Assembly (NCBI GenBank): GCA_045604885.1
Contig: JAZUOY010000015.1
Coordinates: forward strand, 1,424 to 65,423
Source of the DNA: Candidatus Nanosyncoccus sp.
GTDB lineage: Bacteria; Patescibacteriota; Saccharimonadia; Saccharimonadales; Saccharimonadaceae
Length of the DNA: 64,000 nucleotides
Direction: 5' to 3'
The stretch's first letter is position 1. Every line of letters begins with the position of its first letter. Below the pieces are notes generated by a model. The model saw nothing but the letters and a program-made list of their open reading frames with translations. It had not been told where the DNA came from and ran no database searches. This document shows positions 59,288 through 64,000 of this stretch, piece by piece. The position numbers and the translations under genes are program-made.

Positions 59288-59998
59288 ATGTCTAAAATAA
59301 AAAAAGTTATTGTTGGGACTAGTGTTCTAGCTGGTTTGAGTGTGTTGAGTATTCCGGCATTATCTTATGCTGATACGCAATGTGTGACAGGAACGACCTG
59401 TAGCGAGTCTGCTACGCTTGACACTACCATCAATGTTGCAGAAATGATTAGCGTCCAATTCATCTCCTATTCTGGCGCTAGCTCCGTAACGAAGAACTGT
59501 AATTCTCAGGATCAGACTGAAAGTTCTGATGGTTGTACTGGCGCAGACCAGATTGCTAGCTCCACTCTCCTCCCTGGCACTTCCAACGTAGCGAATAACT
59601 CATCTTCAGCTTATACAGAGCTTCGCGTAAGTACTAATGCTCCAGGCGGCTATATCCTGACCTTAATAGACGCAGATGAGAATACTAGCCTCGTGAATAC
59701 AGCAGGTGATGTTATTAGTGCAATTAACTCTCAGCCCGTTGGCACTTCCAATCCAGGTTGGGCAGTATCTATCAACGGTACCGGTTGGCAAATTATGAAG
59801 CATAACAAAAGTTCTGACAATACAATCACCGCTGAGACTCCAATCACTGTGAAGACGAACAATCCTTCTACTTCTGGCACGACATCCACTACTATATCCA
59901 ATGATCTCTCCACTGTATATTATGGAATTGCAACGTCTTCTGCTCAGCCAATTGGTATATATACAGATATTGTAGAATATACTGCTACAACACAATAA
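59288..59998 (+). CDS. Secreted WxL-like surface protein A
   Basis: Signal peptide; VSTNAPGGYILT; C-terminus YGIATSSAQPIGIYTDIVEYTAT. Confidence 0.72.
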   Translation: MSKIKKVIVGTSVLAGLSVLSIPALSYADTQCVTGTTCSESATLDTTINVAEMISVQFISYSGASSVTKNCNSQDQTESSDGCTGADQIASSTLLPGTSNVANNSSSAYTELRVSTNAPGGYILTLIDADENTSLVNTAGDVISAINSQPVGTSNPGWAVSINGTGWQIMKHNKSSDNTITAETPITVKTNNPSTSGTTSTTISNDLSTVYYGIATSSAQPIGIYTDIVEYTATTQ

Positions 59999-60024
59999 TA
60001 TATTATATAGTGATGATCATAATT

Positions 60025-60047
60025 TAACCCCGTAAGGGGTTATTTTT
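60025..60047 (+). terminator. Intrinsic terminator
   Basis: taacccc-gtaa-ggggtta followed by ttttt. Confidence 0.8.
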
Positions 60048-60094
60048 ATTAAAGTGACTACAGGGGTGAACTTATATTGGTGGAAAAGATCCTG

Positions 60095-60163
60095 AAAAAA
60101 GTCTAAAAAAGTCTAAAAAAGTCTAAAAAAGTGCTTGACTTTAACATAAGCAAGATATAAAAT
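60095..60163 (+). promoter_or_regulatory. (AAAAAAGTCT)x3 plus a partial unit directly upstream of TTGACT-17-TAAAAT
   Basis: Tandem units at 60095-60132; -35 at 60135-60140; -10 at 60158-60163. Confidence 0.85.
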
Positions 60164-60215
60164 AGAAAATACAAAGGTCATATAAATAAACAACAAAATA
60201 GAAAGGAAAATAAAT

Positions 60216-60905
60216 ATGTCCAAAAAATCTACAAAAATTATCGCTGCTGCAGGCGTAGTTGCAGGTCTTGGTGTTGCTGCTCTTCCAGCAATGACATTTG
60301 CTACTTCAACTGTTAAAGGTCAAGTTAATCTTACCGCTGAAGTCAACGAAGCTATTGCAATGACGATCAAGGGTAATGTTGCTGCTGAAGCTTCTACCCC
60401 AGGCGTAGATGTTTTCACTCCAACTGGTGCTTCAACGATTGATGGTCACGCTGTTGGTACAGTTTATGATGCTGATAATCTTCAAGCTTCTTCATCTTAT
60501 GTTTCTTTGCTTCCAAACGCTGCAGACACGACTACTGCAACTTCAGAGATCAAAGTTTACACTAACGCTATTGGTGGCTTCTTCTTAACAGTTGAAGATG
60601 CTGACTCTGAGACTTCTCTTGTACGTACGGGTGCTACTCAAAGTGGTGATCCTCTAGCTTATGCTTCTACCGATATCATTGAAGCTAACGCTACTATTAC
60701 TGCTGGTCAAAATCACTGGGCATACAAAGGTGGTAGCGTAACCAACTTTGCAGCTATCACTGGTACTGCTGCTACTGTTTATACTCAGAGTGCTCCAACT
60801 TCTGGTGGTGCTACGATCAATATGACTTACGGTGTTTCTACTTCCTCTGATCAGAGTACTGGTACTTACACAGATACCATCATCTACACTGCTACAACTA
60901 ACTAA
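60216..60905 (+). CDS. Secreted WxL-like surface protein B (probable major subunit)
   Basis: Paralog of 59288-59998; strong GCT/ACT/TCT/GGT/GTT codon bias; own promoter and terminator. Confidence 0.75.
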   Translation: MSKKSTKIIAAAGVVAGLGVAALPAMTFATSTVKGQVNLTAEVNEAIAMTIKGNVAAEASTPGVDVFTPTGASTIDGHAVGTVYDADNLQASSSYVSLLPNAADTTTATSEIKVYTNAIGGFFLTVEDADSETSLVRTGATQSGDPLAYASTDIIEANATITAGQNHWAYKGGSVTNFAAITGTAATVYTQSAPTSGGATINMTYGVSTSSDQSTGTYTDTIIYTATTN

Positions 60906-60923
60906 TTTAGTAGTTTAGATGTT

Positions 60924-60948
60924 AATCCCCCAGCAATGGGGGGTTTTT
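60924..60948 (+). terminator. Intrinsic terminator
   Basis: aatccccc-agcaat-ggggggtt followed by ttt. Confidence 0.75.
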
Positions 60949-61012
60949 GATGAAATGCCTCTTGTAATCTTACCTTAAAACATATATAATAAGATAAATA
61001 ACAAGGAGGTTA

Positions 61013-61978
61013 ATGGCTAAAAAACTAAAAGTATTTCTTGCTGCATTTCTGGCAGTCGCAACTTTCTCTATTTATCAAGTTTTTTCTGTAAATACGGTAT
61101 TTGCGGATGAGGTTGAGCGTCACCCGATCCTATTGCAGATTTCCCCGACTAAGCAAAAAATTTCTCTCACACCAGGGTCTTCCTATGTTGGATCATTTAT
61201 TGTGCATAACGCCGGTACGCAGAAGTTCCGTTATTCTGTCTCTGCTACTCCGTATAGTGTCAAGTCGGAACAATACGATCCGAATTATTCTGAGTTAACA
61301 GCATACGCTCAAATGTCCGAATGGATTACTTTTGACAAAGATACTCAGAGTGGTGATCTAGAACCTGGAACGATGGTAGATGTTGCCTTTACGGTGAATG
61401 TTCCAGCGGATGTCCCAGCCGGTACGCAGTATGCAGCCCTGATGGCGCAGACGGAAGACGGCAATGCTGAGGATGCTACGATTGCCGTAGTGCACAGAGT
61501 AGGTATGATTCTAGCTGCGACGGTTCCAGGTGATACTCGTTCTTCTGCAGAAATTGTCAAAAACAATGTTAGTACCTTTTATTTTAACCCCCCAGTTACT
61601 ATGTCTTCTCTCGTAAAGAATACTGGTAACATAGAACAAACAGCTAGCTATACATACAAGATTTATCCACTTTTCTCTAACGAGGCAATCTATAGCAATG
61701 AAGAGACTCCTCAGAAGTTGGATATTTATCCAGACACGAGTAGATTTAACTCTATGACTTGGGAGGGTGCACCGACACTCGGCATCTTCTGGATGGAGCA
61801 AACCATAGAAGTAGCGGATCAGGTTTCCGTGGTGGGGAAGTTTGTGCTCATCTGTCCACTCTGGCTGATCTTTATCATCTTTGCACTACTCTTCCTTGCG
61901 ATCTTCTGGTTAATTTCTCGCGCAAAGAATCGCAACAAGAGATCAGAGAATACTCATAAGGAGGAAGATAATGCTTAA
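61013..61978 (+). CDS. DUF916/DUF3324-like (WxL-interacting) membrane protein 1
   Basis: Signal peptide, two Ig-like halves (VNVPADVPAGTQYA; VKNTGNI), C-terminal TM and basic tail. Confidence 0.72.
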   Translation: MAKKLKVFLAAFLAVATFSIYQVFSVNTVFADEVERHPILLQISPTKQKISLTPGSSYVGSFIVHNAGTQKFRYSVSATPYSVKSEQYDPNYSELTAYAQMSEWITFDKDTQSGDLEPGTMVDVAFTVNVPADVPAGTQYAALMAQTEDGNAEDATIAVVHRVGMILAATVPGDTRSSAEIVKNNVSTFYFNPPVTMSSLVKNTGNIEQTASYTYKIYPLFSNEAIYSNEETPQKLDIYPDTSRFNSMTWEGAPTLGIFWMEQTIEVADQVSVVGKFVLICPLWLIFIIFALLFLAIFWLISRAKNRNKRSENTHKEEDNA

Positions 61979-62936
61979 AAACTTTAAGAAAATAGTGGTT
62001 GCGGCGTTGGCGGCGGTCACTATCATGGCTTTGCCAGTTGCTAATGTGTGGGCGGAAGATGCTGGCGACGCTTCAAGTAGCTCTTGGCTACAGGTCGCTC
62101 CAGTATCAAATAGAATTAAACTAATTCCTGGTAGCGAGCTTGATTATTCTATCGTAGTGACAAATGTTGGTGAGAAGAACTTCAATTTTACCACTTTTGC
62201 AGCACCATACACAATTATAGATGAAGGATATAATCTCAGCTTTACAGATGAGACTCTGCGCACTCAGCTTTCACACTGGATTCAATTCATCAATCCAGAC
62301 GGATCATTGACAGATAAATACACTGGTTCTGTGGCAGCTGGTCAAGATGCAGTTGTGAATTATCGGGTTTCTGTACCTTCTGATGTCCCATCCGGCGGTC
62401 AATATGCGGTAATTCTTACACAGACAGAGGCTTCATCTGATGACATTGATGCTGCTGGCGTGATTACGGTTTCTAGGATTGGTATGGTGGTCTATGGCAG
62501 AACTGATGGTGAGACGACAGAGCAATCTGAGCTTGTTAGCTACGAGATCCCAAACTTCATGACTGGTGGCAAGATTACGGCTTCATCAGTCGTGAAAAAT
62601 ACTGGTAATGTGGATTTTGAGACCAAATATCACTTCACGGTGACTTCTATTGTTGGCAAGGAGCTATACACGTCAAATCCTGTTTCTAGCCTGATTTTAC
62701 CGGATACACAGCGTCGTGAGGAATTTGTCTGGGAGGATACGCCAGCGATCGGCATTTTCCAGGTACGCTATGCTATAGAAACTTATGGCGAAACGATCAA
62801 GGATGAGACGACTTATGTACTAATCATTCCAATTTACCTGATTGTGGTTACGATTTTACTCTTGACAATTATAATCATATGGATTATAATGCTAATCAGG
62901 AAACGCAAAGAGCGTAAGTCTCGCCTCTTGGTCTAG
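61971..62936 (+). CDS. DUF916/DUF3324-like membrane protein 2
   Basis: Paralog of the upstream gene (VSVPSDVPSGGQYA; VKNTGNV; C-terminal TM and RKRKERK). Confidence 0.72.
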   Translation: MLKNFKKIVVAALAAVTIMALPVANVWAEDAGDASSSSWLQVAPVSNRIKLIPGSELDYSIVVTNVGEKNFNFTTFAAPYTIIDEGYNLSFTDETLRTQLSHWIQFINPDGSLTDKYTGSVAAGQDAVVNYRVSVPSDVPSGGQYAVILTQTEASSDDIDAAGVITVSRIGMVVYGRTDGETTEQSELVSYEIPNFMTGGKITASSVVKNTGNVDFETKYHFTVTSIVGKELYTSNPVSSLILPDTQRREEFVWEDTPAIGIFQVRYAIETYGETIKDETTYVLIIPIYLIVVTILLLTIIIIWIIMLIRKRKERKSRLLV

Positions 62937-63021
62937 AACAAGAAAAGAGATTTACAACTGCGAAATCTTTGCGCAAGCCAAAACAAAAATTACAAAATAT
63001 AAATAATAAAGTGAGTGTGGA

Positions 63022-63630
63022 ATGAAAGTGAGCAAGAAAAAATTGCTGGGTTTCAGCGGGTTGGCTCTGGTTGCGGGACTGACCACCTATGCTGCAACTA
63101 TTCCTGTTGGCGCAACATCTGTCAGCGGGGAAGTAAATGTGATGGTTGATGTCTATAGTATCAACTATGAGACGCGGATTGATTCTCCGCTAGACGGTGC
63201 AACCTTTGATCAGCCTGTGGTTGATTTTGAAGAGCGGCACAGTAGAGTAGATAGTGTAAAGTACTATTTGACCAATGTGACGACTGGAACGACGTATGAA
63301 CTCAGCCAATATGAGATCTCTGGAACTGATGTAAGTGGCGTGACTACATTTACATTGGATCTTGATAACTACGGTGGTTACGGAGAATACATTTTCCGTT
63401 CCGTAGTGTTGTCCTATGGATCACATCTTGAAGGTGAGGATTCTGTACAGTTTACTTATGTATCTCCAGATTCTCCAAACGTGCCGGATACAGGTGGTTC
63501 TGGGCTAGGTGCGTTCTATGAATCGTTAAACATTTCTAAGTCTGATCTAATTACAACTGGTTTAATTGCCTTCTTGGCGGTTAGCTTGTTGTCGCTATAC
63601 GTAATTCGTAAATCAAAGCGCGAAGAATAG
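63022..63630 (+). CDS. Small secreted protein with an LPXTG-like anchor (VPDTG)
   Basis: Signal peptide, Ig-like body, PNVPDTG, TM helix, RKSKREE. Confidence 0.75.
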   Translation: MKVSKKKLLGFSGLALVAGLTTYAATIPVGATSVSGEVNVMVDVYSINYETRIDSPLDGATFDQPVVDFEERHSRVDSVKYYLTNVTTGTTYELSQYEISGTDVSGVTTFTLDLDNYGGYGEYIFRSVVLSYGSHLEGEDSVQFTYVSPDSPNVPDTGGSGLGAFYESLNISKSDLITTGLIAFLAVSLLSLYVIRKSKREE

Positions 63631-63770
63631 TTGCTATCCAGATGGAGCTTGGCTAGCTTTATCTGTAACTCAAAAGGATTTTGTTTTTGGCTATTTCTTT
63701 GGGTGAGCACCATGCGAGGGGTGCTCATCTCGCTTGAAATTATGGGGCGACTGTGCTAGAATAATCATGC

Positions 63771-63847
63771 GGGCGGTTAGCTCAGTTGGCTAGAGCGCGT
63801 CTTTGACGTAGACGAGGTCAGAGGTTCAACTCCTCTATCGCCCACCA
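63771..63847 (+). tRNA. tRNA-Val (GAC)
   Basis: Anticodon arm CGTCT-TTGACGT-AGACG; CCA end. Confidence 0.95.
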
Positions 63848-63861
63848 GATTTCTCAAGTTT

Positions 63862-63938
63862 GGGTCGGTAGCTCAGTTGGTTAGAGCACGGGCCTTTTAA
63901 GCCCGGTGTCGAGGGTTCGAACCCCTCCCGACTCACCA
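63862..63938 (+). tRNA. tRNA-Lys (TTT)
   Basis: Anticodon arm CGGGC-CTTTTAA-GCCCG; CCA end. Confidence 0.97.
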
Positions 63939-64000
63939 TTTTTTTGTCATGATTTTTATGTTTTTTGTGCTATACTAAGTCTAACTAAGGAGGATAAATA

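Overview
A gene-dense, AT-rich bacterial chromosome segment. It most resembles Candidatus Saccharibacteria (TM7, Patescibacteria/CPR); this is an inference from gene style, shortened core proteins, the holin-secG-OppA-like and uvrC neighbourhoods, and widespread leaderless -10 promoters. Standard code 11 fits. Most of the window is housekeeping: a membrane pyrophosphatase, glycolysis (pyk, pgk, class I fba, eno), translation (metG, pheST, hisS, rsmA, mnmA, iscS, rplY, rpmA), repair (uvrA, uvrC, ligA, rarA), rnj, secG, lemA/htpX and 9 tRNAs. Four accessory zones stand out. (1) 38.79-39.44 kb: three collinear ~65-codon cassettes that look like orphan variable C-terminal tips of CLec/FISUMP-type surface proteins, bounded by a perfect 32-bp inverted repeat. 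(2) 41.1-43.1 kb: a TaqI-family restriction-modification pair. (3) 43.2-47.66 kb: a 4.46-kb element inserted at the 3' end of tRNA-Cys with a TGGAGG duplication. It carries a large serine recombinase whose att site lies inside its own 3' end, so excision would swap its C-terminal tail, plus two promoter-driven, highly base-paired non-coding regions, a GreA-C-like-domain protein and a membrane-anchored HNH nuclease. (4) 59.3-63.6 kb: a five-gene WxL/DUF916/LPXTG-like cell-surface locus with a phased A-tract tandem repeat at its promoter. All family calls come from motif recognition by eye; no searches were run.
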